A DNA stretch of 64,000 nt from an uncultured virus (IMG/VR IMGVR_UViG_3300031539_000017) (IMGVR_UViG_3300031539_000017); one strand, 5' to 3'; shown: positions 17,520-27,699, numbered from the stretch's first letter. The notes: generated by a model not told the origin, from the sequence alone. Made by a program: numbers and translations.

Positions 17520-19745
17520 ATGGCTAAGAAGAAGCGCAGACCGGAGCCGACCAAAGAAGAGGTCATCCTGGAAGAGGACGCTAAGGTCGCCAAGCCGCCT
17601 GCAGACATTGCGGCTGCGGCCAGGGCCTCCGTGCAGGAAACGGCCCCGACGGGCTGGGGTGGTTCTCAGATATTCCTGTTCCAGATGGCGCTCAAGGCAG
17701 ATGAGGCCCCCTTGTGGTGGACCGTGCAGCGTGACGCGTGGCTGCGTTCATTCTGGCAGACTGCACCTTTCTTACCGGGGGTCATTTACTCTATAGCGGC
17801 CCGCAATGCAGCCTTCCGATTTGAGTTCACTGGTCCGGAGGAGCAGGTTCAATATTCTAAGGACCTGTGTGCTCAGGCAGACCTTGGAGCGGGCTGGCAG
17901 TCGTTTGTGATGAAGCTCACGCAGGACTTGCTTACACAAGATAATGGTGCATTTATCGAGGTCATTCGGCCTGCCAGGGTACGCACTAAGAAGGGATTAC
18001 TCCAGGCGGTCAAGGCCCGCGGCTCAGATGGGGAGATGGAATGGTTCCAGGTGTACCGCAATCAGATAGAACCCATTGACCTGGAGGAGTACAAGGTTGA
18101 GGACTCGCCGGTGGACCAACCTCTGGGTATTGCACATCTGGATGCAGGACGGTGCCAGAGGACGGGGGATATTGATTATCCTGTAGTCTACACAGACCGC
18201 AAGAATCAGAAACACAAATTGGCCTGGTGGCAAGTTATCACTCTAGAGGACATGCCCAGCCCTCAAGAGGACATGAACAATGTGGGCTTCTGCGCGGTGT
18301 CTCGGATACTGAGGGCGGCGCAGATACTACGAGACGTTGCAATCTACAAGCAGGAGAAGGTTTCAGGGCGTTTTGCGGGTTCTGTGTGGGTGACTAATGT
18401 GGATGCAACTCGTGTCACGGATGCGGTGAAACAGGCCAAGGTGAATGCGGACCAGTTGGGGTTGTCTCGATATATGCCGCCTATCATCGCCTCACTTTTG
18501 GATCCCCAGGCCGATCCCAAAGCCATAGAGATAGCCCTAGCTTCTTTGCCCGATGGCTTCGATGAAGAGGTTGCTCTGCGGTGGTACATTACGGAGCTGG
18601 CGCTGGGCACGGGCACGGATTACACCTACCTGGCCCCATTGCCGGGGCAGGGGCTGGGTACGGCTACTCAGGTAGAGACCATGGCCCGGCAGACCAAGGG
18701 CAAGAGTTCAAGAATATTTATGAACACGTTGGAGTTCAAGTTCCGGTATCATCGACTGCTGCCGGGTCAGGTAGACATGAACTTTGTGGAGGTAGATGCA
18801 GAGGAGCAGGAGACCAAGGATGCGGCAACGCAGCGCCGGGCTGAGACGAGAGCTATATGTATCCAGAGCGGGGAGATCACCCCGCAGGTGGCCCGTCAGA
18901 TCGCAGTGGACCAGGGGGACCTGGAGCCGGACTACCTGGATATGATGGAGGAAGAGGAAGTTACGTCAGAGGTCACGGAAGAGCCGGAGGAGTCACCCGG
19001 CGGGTTTGAGCCGGGGGATGTGACCGAAGAGCCAGAGGAGAAAGGGGTCTGGGCACGGCTCAAGGCCCTGGGGGATCGGCTGCAGCTCAGACGTCGGAAC
19101 TCCGGCTACGAGGGCAAGGTCAACGCCTATGCTGAGAAGTTGATAACAGCCTACGATGAGTGGGCGCAGAAGTGGGCCAAGCGCATCGCCGGGGCCTCCT
19201 TGATAGATCGGGATGTGTTTATCAGGGATGCGGCTAATGAGATAGATGACATCATGCAGGAGATCGCCCTCAAGGGTCTACCGGAGGCCTACGCGCTGGG
19301 CCTAGAAGAGGAGGAGCTGACTCAGGATGGTGCGCTGGCCGTAGAGGCGTATACGGACCGCAACCTGCGCTTCCTGGAGTTCAGCTTGAACCCTGACGTG
19401 CAGACCAAGCTCAAGGGGTTGGGCGATGAGGGGTTGAAGGATGCAGGGGCCGTGCTGGGTGTCCTGGGTACGTTCAGGGGCCGTGTAGCGACGTATGCGG
19501 GGCCGTACTGGGTAATGGTATGGAAGGGTACAGAAGAGCGTGCCAAGGCGCAGGGGCAGGCACAGGAGCGTGTGATACCCGTCACACGGCATCTGGACGA
19601 CAGGGCTGAGCACTGTGATACCTGCCCGCCCAAGGCCGGGGCGTACAAGTCCTGGGCGGAGATGATTGCAGAGTGCGGCGGGGTCCCGGCGGATTCTTCG
19701 GATTCATGTGGCTGTAATTGTCGCTGCTGGATCACGCTAGGATAG
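17520..19745 (+). CDS. Portal protein fused to MuF-like head morphogenesis domain
   Basis: DLLTQDNGAFIEV portal-type motif, acidic linker, C-terminal HCDTC...CGCNCRC. Confidence 0.75.
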   Translation: MAKKKRRPEPTKEEVILEEDAKVAKPPADIAAAARASVQETAPTGWGGSQIFLFQMALKADEAPLWWTVQRDAWLRSFWQTAPFLPGVIYSIAARNAAFRFEFTGPEEQVQYSKDLCAQADLGAGWQSFVMKLTQDLLTQDNGAFIEVIRPARVRTKKGLLQAVKARGSDGEMEWFQVYRNQIEPIDLEEYKVEDSPVDQPLGIAHLDAGRCQRTGDIDYPVVYTDRKNQKHKLAWWQVITLEDMPSPQEDMNNVGFCAVSRILRAAQILRDVAIYKQEKVSGRFAGSVWVTNVDATRVTDAVKQAKVNADQLGLSRYMPPIIASLLDPQADPKAIEIALASLPDGFDEEVALRWYITELALGTGTDYTYLAPLPGQGLGTATQVETMARQTKGKSSRIFMNTLEFKFRYHRLLPGQVDMNFVEVDAEEQETKDAATQRRAETRAICIQSGEITPQVARQIAVDQGDLEPDYLDMMEEEEVTSEVTEEPEESPGGFEPGDVTEEPEEKGVWARLKALGDRLQLRRRNSGYEGKVNAYAEKLITAYDEWAQKWAKRIAGASLIDRDVFIRDAANEIDDIMQEIALKGLPEAYALGLEEEELTQDGALAVEAYTDRNLRFLEFSLNPDVQTKLKGLGDEGLKDAGAVLGVLGTFRGRVATYAGPYWVMVWKGTEERAKAQGQAQERVIPVTRHLDDRAEHCDTCPPKAGAYKSWAEMIAECGGVPADSSDSCGCNCRCWITLG

Positions 19746-19758
19746 ATTGGAGGGCACA

Positions 19759-20196
19759 ATGGTTGCCGACAATTCTGAATCCGCTAAGGCCGAAGTTACT
19801 ATCTATGCTTTCCATCATCCTGATTGGAAGCGTGATGAACCAGGTTCATGGATATATGTTGGTCACACTGCCCGTGAGCTACAAGAGAGACTCAGAGAAC
19901 ACTTAGAGGCTGCCGATAATGGTAGTACAAGTCCTTGGCCTATGATTGATCACCTGCGTGAATTGCTGAATGAGGACAGGATGCCAGTAGGAGGTATTTT
20001 AGAAACCTGTCCGTATGAACTTCGGTATTCTGCGGAAGCCTACTGGATTTGTATACTCAAAACAGAGGGGCATAATGTTGTCAACGGTGGCGGCCGAGAA
20101 GTAATGATAGCTCTTGATTGGGCTATTCAGATTGCCACCGAATTTCAAGAAGCAGGAAATTCTTGGGCACATTATGCCCTTAGGAGATTACAATGA
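19759..20196 (+). CDS. GIY-YIG endonuclease
   Basis: TIYAF...IYVGHT...RLREH...AEAYWI...N; more AT-rich than flanks. Confidence 0.75.
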   Translation: MVADNSESAKAEVTIYAFHHPDWKRDEPGSWIYVGHTARELQERLREHLEAADNGSTSPWPMIDHLRELLNEDRMPVGGILETCPYELRYSAEAYWICILKTEGHNVVNGGGREVMIALDWAIQIATEFQEAGNSWAHYALRRLQ

Positions 20197-20375
20197 CAAA
20201 GAGCATAGACATTCCCATAGCGAGCGTCACTAAGGACCTCACCGTCCAGGTGAACCTTACAGGCTTCCGCCAGTGGCACCTGCGGCTGCGTGTGGGTATG
20301 GTCCTGATGCGGCTCGCCATCTGGATATCAGGTATGGGATGCAATGTGGAGGAACCGGTAAACGATGCCCCCTAG
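20193..20375 (+). CDS. Hypothetical protein
   Basis: AGGAG RBS, overlaps both neighbours. Confidence 0.5.
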   Translation: MTKSIDIPIASVTKDLTVQVNLTGFRQWHLRLRVGMVLMRLAIWISGMGCNVEEPVNDAP

Positions 20376-20862
20376 AATCAGGCTTGAGCGCATCGGGTCT
20401 GATAAACCCATTGTGGATACCAAGAAGTTCGTCAGGGGCCTGGTGCGGGCCGTGGATGATACCGTGGCCATCGTGGAGAGCAACTTCAAGGCCACTACAA
20501 GAACCTGGAAGCACCAGGTCCGGTTCAAGCGCCGCAGAGCCACCAGGCGGGGTGATACCATCGAGGGTGACGTGACCACGAACGATGAGATATACGGTTA
20601 CGTCTCAGGGGGTACACGGAGGCATTTCGTGCGGCCCCGTCGAGCTAAGGCACTGCGATTCAGGGGTGGCAAGTATGGAGCCAAGACACGCCCCAGGGTT
20701 TTGGGATCACGCAAGGGTGGTGGTCGGGGTGCGTTTGTGTTCTCTAAAGGGCATTGGGTGAAGGGCATCAAGGCTAGGGAGTTCCCGCAAGAGATCGCCA
20801 AGCGGCGCCAAAGGAACCTGCACAACTTCGTCATCAGGGCATACGCGGAGGCCAGAGGGTGA
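20365..20862 (+). CDS. HK97 gp10-like neck/tail completion protein
   Basis: Basic; YGYVSGGTRRHFVRPRRAKALRF...VFSK...VKG pattern. Confidence 0.6.
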   Translation: MPPRIRLERIGSDKPIVDTKKFVRGLVRAVDDTVAIVESNFKATTRTWKHQVRFKRRRATRRGDTIEGDVTTNDEIYGYVSGGTRRHFVRPRRAKALRFRGGKYGAKTRPRVLGSRKGGGRGAFVFSKGHWVKGIKAREFPQEIAKRRQRNLHNFVIRAYAEARG

Positions 20863-21008
20863 ACAGCAAAGACCGCAAGCTGCTGATGGAACAACGCAGG
20901 GCTTTGTTGCTACAGGTAGACGCTATTGAGCGCAGGGTGGGGATTGCACCCACGACAGCAGACTTGCGTAAGCAAACGAAATGTGATAAGGTTGTTGTCA
21001 AACCATAA
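20859..21008 (+). CDS. Small hypothetical protein (49 aa)
   Basis: GTGA overlap; MNSKDRKLLMEQRRALLLQVDAIERRVGIAPTTADLRK... Confidence 0.55.
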   Translation: MNSKDRKLLMEQRRALLLQVDAIERRVGIAPTTADLRKQTKCDKVVVKP

Positions 21009-21085
21009 GAAGGCTTCCCGAGAGGCACGCCGTTCACCATGCGGTCACCGCGCAAGCGACCACCGCAGGAGGGCGGCGTTTCTTT

Positions 21086-23506
21086 ATGAGACCACCGGGA
21101 TTGTACCTCAAACCACCACACGGGGAGCTGTCCTTCACCGGGGTCAAGACCGCGCTGGCCAAGGCCCGCGACTTCAGTTTTGAGGGGCCTTACACGCTGT
21201 GCTCAGGGCCGTTTGCCTATGGTGAGCTAGCGTTGTCCGAGCCGGAGGTGGTGGGCGTTGAGGAGTTCGATGCCCGGTTCAGCGAGCACAGGGTCTCAGT
21301 CAAAGAGCGCCGCAAGTGGTGGCCGGACTCAGAGCAATTGTACCTGTATGCCTACAACGGTTGGGTGCCCTATGAGTCACCGCAGCGGGTCGATGTACCT
21401 GCTCAGGTGCAGACATTGATGGGGCCGGTGGAGTTCGTAAAGGCCGAAGGAGGGGTGGACATGGGACAGGGAGTAACCATCAACTATCACTATAACACTG
21501 ATGCGCCAGCGGAGTCGGGCGTTGTTAAAGACTTCAAGTTGCTGAAGGCCATGGCCGGGGATGGTGAGGCTATCAAGGCACTGACCGGGGACAACAGTGA
21601 AGAGACGAAGGTATGGAAGCCCTCGGATGCGCCATCGCACACAGAAGCGGCGGATACCCCGAAGAAGCGGAACCAGTGGGCCGGGGCGGCCAATGGAGCG
21701 CGGGAGACCTGCCTGGACAAGATAGACGGTACGCCCACAAAGGCACAAGTCGATGCTTGTGAGGCCAGCGCCATCCGGATAGCCAACGCAGCGGTCAAGA
21801 GTGCGGAGATTCAGGATTCCCGTAGCGAGAAGGGTGAGTTGAGCCTGTCAGATATCCAGAGCATGATGTGGACGGCTTTGTCTCCTAGTGAAGATAGCAA
21901 GCCGTACGTTCAGGACATAGACATCTATGACAATTATGTCACGTACAAGCTGGAGGGTATGGACTACCTACGCGTCTATACGATTGTGGATGGGAAGCTC
22001 CAGATGGGTGAGGCTACTGAGATTGAGTACGTGATACGGCCCAAAGTAGAGGTATTGGGCAAGGGTTACAAGGCGGAGCTGGTCCAGGAGTTCGATGCTT
22101 TGGAACTGGGCGACAAGTCCCTGGGTGATGATGAGAAGGCCGCTTTGACCTCTGCGCAGCGCAAGGCACTCCCCAACAGTTCCTTCGCCTGGATCGAGAC
22201 CGGTGAGGGCTGTGAGAAGGTGGACGGCAAGACACCGGAGAAGTGCCGCCACCTCCCCTACAAGAAGGCGGACGGGAGCCTAGACTGTGCCAGGGTGCGC
22301 AATGCCAGGGCCAGAATACCGCAGATGAGCGGTGTGCCCCAGGCCGCTAAGGACAAGATCGAGGGAGCACAGAAGAAGTGCACCGAGGAGAAGAGTTTAC
22401 CAGCGTCATTGAGAGCCCAGGCTAACAAGGCACTTGAGGGCATGGTGGGCCTGTGGAGGGCTGTGACCGGCGATGACAAGCTCTTAGAGGGTGAGACCGG
22501 GTTCAAGGCATTTAAGGGTACAGACGGCAAGACCTACATCCTCACATGGACCACTAATGCCTTCATGGACCGGGATGGTGAGATATTCACCACCAAGTCC
22601 ATCGAGGACTACGCGGACCGGGCCTGGCAGGAGATCAAGGCCACGGGCAGCAAGGGGCAATATGACTGCTGGCACATACCCGGCAGTGAATTCGCTGACA
22701 TCACGTGGGCCGGAGCAGAGGGCCGGTACCTGGTGGAGATGGGCACCTTCCATGACGATGAGGTGGGGAAGGTGTTTGAGAAATTCTTCACGGAGTGCCC
22801 AGAGGCCCAGAAAGAGATTGCCCCTGACGGCTGGGGGGTCTCTCATAAGTTCACTTTCAAGCCTGGGGACCGGGACGATGGGGTGTTTGACTGGTTTGAC
22901 AAGAGCCGTACTTCGGTTCTGTCAATTCGCCGGGCTGCCAATCCGTACACAGCTATGGAGGTGCTTCAGATGAGTTTGGATGAAGAGCAAATCAACGTAC
23001 TCAAGACGATTGGTGAGGCCGCGGACGTGGACTTGCTGGGCATGGTGCAGAAGGCCGGAGCCGCATCCAAGACCCTTGAGGAGGCCGGAGTGGCCCACAA
23101 GAGCGCCGATGAGAAGCCTGCGGGGGAGCAGGAGCCAACCAATGAAGATAGTGATGAGACCGCCGACGTGCCGGTCGATGATGTAGCGCAGCGCGTGGCC
23201 GAGATCATGGGTATGAAGGAGCTGAGCGTGTTGCTCCAGAAGTTTGATGGGCGCCTGACCGCTGTGGAGCAGGGTGACGAGGAACAGAAGAAGCGCCTGG
23301 CCGAAGTGGAGAAGGACGATACGGCTAGGTTGAGCGAGAAGCAAGCCTGGCGGCCAAATGTGGTGTGGCTCCGTCCCTCCACGGCTGACGGCACTCTCCT
23401 TGACGAGAGCAAGGATTTAGCCGACAAGAAGCCGATGACTCCCAAGGCCATTGATCACGTCTCTGATGTGGTATTGGGAAGACCGGCACCGGGAGGTAAG
23501 ACATAA
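21086..23506 (+). CDS. Multi-domain prohead protease/scaffold protein
   Basis: Precedes capsid gene; DRDGE...WH...GVSH...SVL...ANPYT protease-like region; acidic coiled-coil C-terminus. Confidence 0.7.
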   Translation: MRPPGLYLKPPHGELSFTGVKTALAKARDFSFEGPYTLCSGPFAYGELALSEPEVVGVEEFDARFSEHRVSVKERRKWWPDSEQLYLYAYNGWVPYESPQRVDVPAQVQTLMGPVEFVKAEGGVDMGQGVTINYHYNTDAPAESGVVKDFKLLKAMAGDGEAIKALTGDNSEETKVWKPSDAPSHTEAADTPKKRNQWAGAANGARETCLDKIDGTPTKAQVDACEASAIRIANAAVKSAEIQDSRSEKGELSLSDIQSMMWTALSPSEDSKPYVQDIDIYDNYVTYKLEGMDYLRVYTIVDGKLQMGEATEIEYVIRPKVEVLGKGYKAELVQEFDALELGDKSLGDDEKAALTSAQRKALPNSSFAWIETGEGCEKVDGKTPEKCRHLPYKKADGSLDCARVRNARARIPQMSGVPQAAKDKIEGAQKKCTEEKSLPASLRAQANKALEGMVGLWRAVTGDDKLLEGETGFKAFKGTDGKTYILTWTTNAFMDRDGEIFTTKSIEDYADRAWQEIKATGSKGQYDCWHIPGSEFADITWAGAEGRYLVEMGTFHDDEVGKVFEKFFTECPEAQKEIAPDGWGVSHKFTFKPGDRDDGVFDWFDKSRTSVLSIRRAANPYTAMEVLQMSLDEEQINVLKTIGEAADVDLLGMVQKAGAASKTLEEAGVAHKSADEKPAGEQEPTNEDSDETADVPVDDVAQRVAEIMGMKELSVLLQKFDGRLTAVEQGDEEQKKRLAEVEKDDTARLSEKQAWRPNVVWLRPSTADGTLLDESKDLADKKPMTPKAIDHVSDVVLGRPAPGGKT

Positions 23507-25005
23507 TGCCACCGCAACTGAATCAGGATCAAATGGTAACCCTGGGGCAGGCCATCGCTCAGGGGATGATGAAGGCTGGCCTGGTGCAAGGCCAGAAGTA
23601 CGCTACAGGGACGCCGACGACCAACTGGATTCATGGCCCTGGTGGGATCCTCGGTTCGTCAGCCCTGGACCAGCAGATCATCTCTGGGCGCATCACGCCT
23701 ATGGGCCTCAGCTCAGTGCTCCCGATCAACATGAGCCGGGACACGAATCCCGAGTTTGGGTATCTCACGGGCATGACGCCCAGTGGTGAGGCAGAGCCGA
23801 GCGGCCCTTGCGCGGACTGCCCAAGCGGCCTCTCTCAGTCGTGCATCCAGACCACGCAGTTTGGGCGCGTCTGCCGTGAGACCAAGGAGATGGATATCGA
23901 CCGGACCATCGAGCGCATCAACCGTGGCGAGATCGACTACCAGCTCCTCAATGACATCCTGGGCATCGAGCCCGCAGACGTCTTCCGGGCCATCAACCAG
24001 CCGGACTACCGGACCGTGCTCAACGTAGCAACGGCCTGGGGTATGGTGGAAGTGGGGATGATGTTCCAGGAGGCGCTAACGCCCATGACCTTCCAGGGGA
24101 ACCCTGTGAACAACACCGCCGGGGGCGGGTACAAGGAGTTTGCGGGGCTGGACCTGCTCATCAGCACCAACTACGTTGATGCTCACACAGGCGCCAACTG
24201 CGGTGCCTTGGACGCCGATGTCAAGACGTTCAACTGGGCGGACGTGAACTCTGTGGACGCCAATGGCAACTTCGCCATCGTGTCTCAACTGTCCTGGATG
24301 GAGGAGTACGTTCACCGCAATGCCAGGCGCATGAAGCTCATGCCTGCCAGCTGGACGTGGGTGATGCGTGAGGAGCTGTGGTATATGCTCACGGAGATCT
24401 GGCCCACCGCCTATTACACCAGCCGGGGCCTGACCGCAGTGCCCCCTGGTGTCTCTGTGAACGTGGACGGTGTGGACCTGACTCAGCTCCGGGACAACAT
24501 GCGTGCCGGGATGTTTTTGGACATCAACGGGCGCAGGCACCCCGTCGTGATAGACGATGGGATAGTGGAGTACAACGAGGAAACCGGCCAGGGCAACCTT
24601 GTGGCCGGGGACTTCGCCAGCACGATTTACCTAGTGCCCATCACCGTCAGGGGAGGCACGCAGGCCACCTTCTACGAGACGAAGGACTACCGGTTTACGG
24701 CGGCGGAGATGGCCGCCAGTCCGGGGGGCATGCTGCAAGACCAGTTCTGGACGGACGATGGACGGTTCCTGTGGACGCTTGACCGCCAGCTGTGGTGCTA
24801 CATCCTGGCGGGCAAGATTGAGCCGCGGATCCTCCTGCGGACTCCCATGCTGTCGGGCAAGCTGGAATACATCAAGTACACGCCCGTACAGCACTTCAGG
24901 GACTACGCATCGACGAGCGACTACTTCGTGAAGGGTGGAGTTCCCTCCAGGCCAGCCCCGAGTTTCTGGGGCACCTGGAACCTGCCTGCAACCTATAGCC
25001 GCTAA
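23506..25005 (+). CDS. Major capsid protein
   Basis: 499 aa after scaffold; FQGNP...EFAGLDLLI motif; strongly biased codons; hairpin downstream. Confidence 0.75.
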   Translation: MPPQLNQDQMVTLGQAIAQGMMKAGLVQGQKYATGTPTTNWIHGPGGILGSSALDQQIISGRITPMGLSSVLPINMSRDTNPEFGYLTGMTPSGEAEPSGPCADCPSGLSQSCIQTTQFGRVCRETKEMDIDRTIERINRGEIDYQLLNDILGIEPADVFRAINQPDYRTVLNVATAWGMVEVGMMFQEALTPMTFQGNPVNNTAGGGYKEFAGLDLLISTNYVDAHTGANCGALDADVKTFNWADVNSVDANGNFAIVSQLSWMEEYVHRNARRMKLMPASWTWVMREELWYMLTEIWPTAYYTSRGLTAVPPGVSVNVDGVDLTQLRDNMRAGMFLDINGRRHPVVIDDGIVEYNEETGQGNLVAGDFASTIYLVPITVRGGTQATFYETKDYRFTAAEMAASPGGMLQDQFWTDDGRFLWTLDRQLWCYILAGKIEPRILLRTPMLSGKLEYIKYTPVQHFRDYASTSDYFVKGGVPSRPAPSFWGTWNLPATYSR

Positions 25006-25017
25006 CGGTGACAAACA

Positions 25018-25040
25018 TGGGGGCGGTTCTTCCGCCCCCA
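25018..25040 (+). other. Hairpin after capsid gene
   Basis: TGGGGGCGG-TTCTT-CCGCCCCCA; no U-tract. Confidence 0.5.
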
Positions 25041-25062
25041 CATACCCATAGGAGATAGATTG

Positions 25063-27693
25063 ATGCGTGTCCAGATGGTGCCGGGGGAGCGGTTCTTCCG
25101 CTCGCATGAGAGCGGCATAAAGCGGGTCGTGGAGGCGTACTGCCAGTACCTGCCCGAGTTCGGTGTGGAGGTTGTGAACACCGACGAGGGCACAGACTAC
25201 GATGTCAAAGCGGTACATGCGGGGATGGCCCCGGATTGCGACGTGGCGCATTTGCACGGGCTGTACTGGACCTCTGACTATGAGGCCCAGGCGTGGGAGT
25301 GGAAGGCCAACAGCGGGGTCATTCAGAACCTGCGTGTGGCCAGGGAGGTCACGGTGCCCTCGGAGTGGGTGGCCATGACTCTCAGGCGGGACCTGCGCAT
25401 TCAGCCCCATGTGATTCCCCACGGCATAGAGTGGGATGAATGGGCGCATCACCACGAGGAGAGCGGCGGGTACGTGCTGTGGAACAAGAATAGGGATGCT
25501 GACGTGTGCACGCCCTACCCGATGGCAGACCTGGCACGCATGATGCCAGAGGTGAAGTTCCTGTCCACGTTTGCGCCGCAGGATGCGCCTGACAATGTGG
25601 AGGTCATTGGGCTACAGGAGTACGATGGGATGCGGCTTCTGGTGCAGGGTGCAGGGGTGTACCTGAGCACGACCAAAGAGACGTTCGGAATCGGCATCCT
25701 GGAGGCCATGGCAGCGGGTGTGCCGGTGCTAGGATTTGCGTGGGGCAACATCGGGAACCTGGTGCAACATCAAGTCAACGGGTGGTTATCTGCACCAGGG
25801 GATTTCGATCACTTACGGGAAGGGCTGGAGTACTGCTTACAACATCGGGTAAGGATGGGCGAGGCCGGGCGTGAGATGTCCAGGCATTATCACTGGAGGG
25901 ATGCCTGTGAGCAAGTGGCAGAGGTCTACAGGCTGGCAGGGCAGGAGCGCCCTGCAGACGTGGCGGTGATCATCCCATCCCACAACTACGCGGACAAGGT
26001 AGGAAGGGCCATAGAGAGTGCCCTGGCACAGACCTATGAAGGGCTTACAGATGTAGTGGTAGTAGATGACGGGAGCGATGACAACACGGGGCAGGTCGTA
26101 GTAGAGTATGAAAAAGACAACCGGGTGCGATACATCAAGCAACAGAATCAGGGTGTGGCGGTGGCCCGGAACAAGGGCATTGCCAGTGTCAACACAAAGT
26201 ACGTCTGCTGCCTGGATGCGGACGATGCCATCGCACCGGAGTTCCTGAGCAGGTGCATCGAGCCACTGGAAGCAGACCGGTCATTGGGGCTGTCATTTGC
26301 GGGGCTGTGGGCTATGACCCCGGACGGCCAGGCAGCTCAGTCCAGGTGGCCGGACGGCTACGACTTCGAGCAGCAGATAGCACGGCGCAACCAGGTCCCC
26401 ACGTGCTGCGTGTTCCGTAGGGAGGCCTGGGAGAGATTGGGCGGGTATCGGAAAAGGTATTGCCCAGACGGCGCGGGTAGCGAGGATGCGGAGTTCTGGA
26501 CTCGCATGGGGGCTTACGGCTGGGGCGGGGTACAGGCTACCAAGGAACCGCTGTTCCTTTACTCCCTAGGTGCGGGCCACGTGACGAAGAAGCTGGGGGA
26601 AGGCAATTACCAGGAGCCGGACTGGCTGGCGTGGCACCCGTGGGTTCAGGATAGACAATTCCCCCTAGCTTGTGTGGCGGAAGTAGAGAGATTCAGCCAC
26701 CCGGTACGGGCCTACGATACGCCGTGGATCAGCGTGATCGTGCCCGTGGGTCCAGGGCATGAGGAGATCGTGGTGGACGCACTGGACAGCCTTGAGGCGC
26801 AGATGTTCCGCCAATGGGAGTGCGTGCTGGTAAATGACACAGGGGAGCCGTTGCCGGAGCAGCTACTAAGGGCATATCCCTATGTAACACTGGTGGAGAC
26901 GCCGGGGTCAAAGGGTGCAGGTTATGCACGGAACAGGGGCGTGGAGGCAGCCAGGGGTCCCCTGCTTACTTTCCTAGATGCAGACGACTACTTGCAGCCG
27001 GGGTTTTTGCAGGCGTGTATAGATGCCAGGCTGCAGACGGGCAAGTGGGTCTACACGGATTTGTGGTCATCGTGGCCCAACGGCGAGATACACGAGTACC
27101 CCGTAGACGACTTCGGCGTGGAGAGCCTGTGGCGGGACGGCCTGGGGGCGGTAACGCTGGTCACTGATCATGCCGAGTTCCAGGCCGTAGGGGGCTTCGA
27201 TGAGGAGATGCACACGCGGGAAGATTGGGACTTCCAGCTCAAGCTGGCCATGGCGGGATTCTGCGGCGTGCGTGTGTCCGCTCCCTTGATGACCTACCGC
27301 CTGGCTACGGGGGAGCGCAGGGACCAGCAGGCGAGTGATACCGCGACTATGCTGAGAGAGAAATACCCACTGGAGGATTTGATGGCAAGATGCGGAGGGT
27401 GCGGGCAGGCTCAAGCAATGAGTATAGACCCGCCTCAGAACTGGAGTACCAAAGAGGCAGCGGGCTTCGAGCGGCTGGAATACACAGGCTCAAACCGGGG
27501 CACCTCTACGTTCAGGGGCATAACGGGGCGCAGCTACCGCTTCGGGAACAACGATGACTCGCGGGTGGGCTTGGTGCACCCTGAGGATGCCCGCAACTTT
27601 ATCGACGTGAAGCATCTACCTTTCAAGCGTGTACAGACGCTAGTTCCGGCACAGTCGCTGCCCACAGCGCTGGTGGCCCCGGTTTCAGGGTAG
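25063..27693 (+). CDS. Three-domain glycosyltransferase (GT4-GT2-GT2) with extra C-terminal domain
   Basis: ETFGIGILEAMAAGVP (GT4); VIIPSHN..VVDDGS..LDADD and VIVPVG..VND..LDADD (two GT2). Confidence 0.9.
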   Translation: MRVQMVPGERFFRSHESGIKRVVEAYCQYLPEFGVEVVNTDEGTDYDVKAVHAGMAPDCDVAHLHGLYWTSDYEAQAWEWKANSGVIQNLRVAREVTVPSEWVAMTLRRDLRIQPHVIPHGIEWDEWAHHHEESGGYVLWNKNRDADVCTPYPMADLARMMPEVKFLSTFAPQDAPDNVEVIGLQEYDGMRLLVQGAGVYLSTTKETFGIGILEAMAAGVPVLGFAWGNIGNLVQHQVNGWLSAPGDFDHLREGLEYCLQHRVRMGEAGREMSRHYHWRDACEQVAEVYRLAGQERPADVAVIIPSHNYADKVGRAIESALAQTYEGLTDVVVVDDGSDDNTGQVVVEYEKDNRVRYIKQQNQGVAVARNKGIASVNTKYVCCLDADDAIAPEFLSRCIEPLEADRSLGLSFAGLWAMTPDGQAAQSRWPDGYDFEQQIARRNQVPTCCVFRREAWERLGGYRKRYCPDGAGSEDAEFWTRMGAYGWGGVQATKEPLFLYSLGAGHVTKKLGEGNYQEPDWLAWHPWVQDRQFPLACVAEVERFSHPVRAYDTPWISVIVPVGPGHEEIVVDALDSLEAQMFRQWECVLVNDTGEPLPEQLLRAYPYVTLVETPGSKGAGYARNRGVEAARGPLLTFLDADDYLQPGFLQACIDARLQTGKWVYTDLWSSWPNGEIHEYPVDDFGVESLWRDGLGAVTLVTDHAEFQAVGGFDEEMHTREDWDFQLKLAMAGFCGVRVSAPLMTYRLATGERRDQQASDTATMLREKYPLEDLMARCGGCGQAQAMSIDPPQNWSTKEAAGFERLEYTGSNRGTSTFRGITGRSYRFGNNDDSRVGLVHPEDARNFIDVKHLPFKRVQTLVPAQSLPTALVAPVSG

Positions 27694-27699
27694 GGAGAG

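Noticed and set aside
24631..25455. Minus-strand ORFs such as 24631-25455, 41780-42469 and 60898-61578
   Set aside because: Antisense shadows of well-supported plus-strand genes in GC-rich DNA, with no motifs or RBS.
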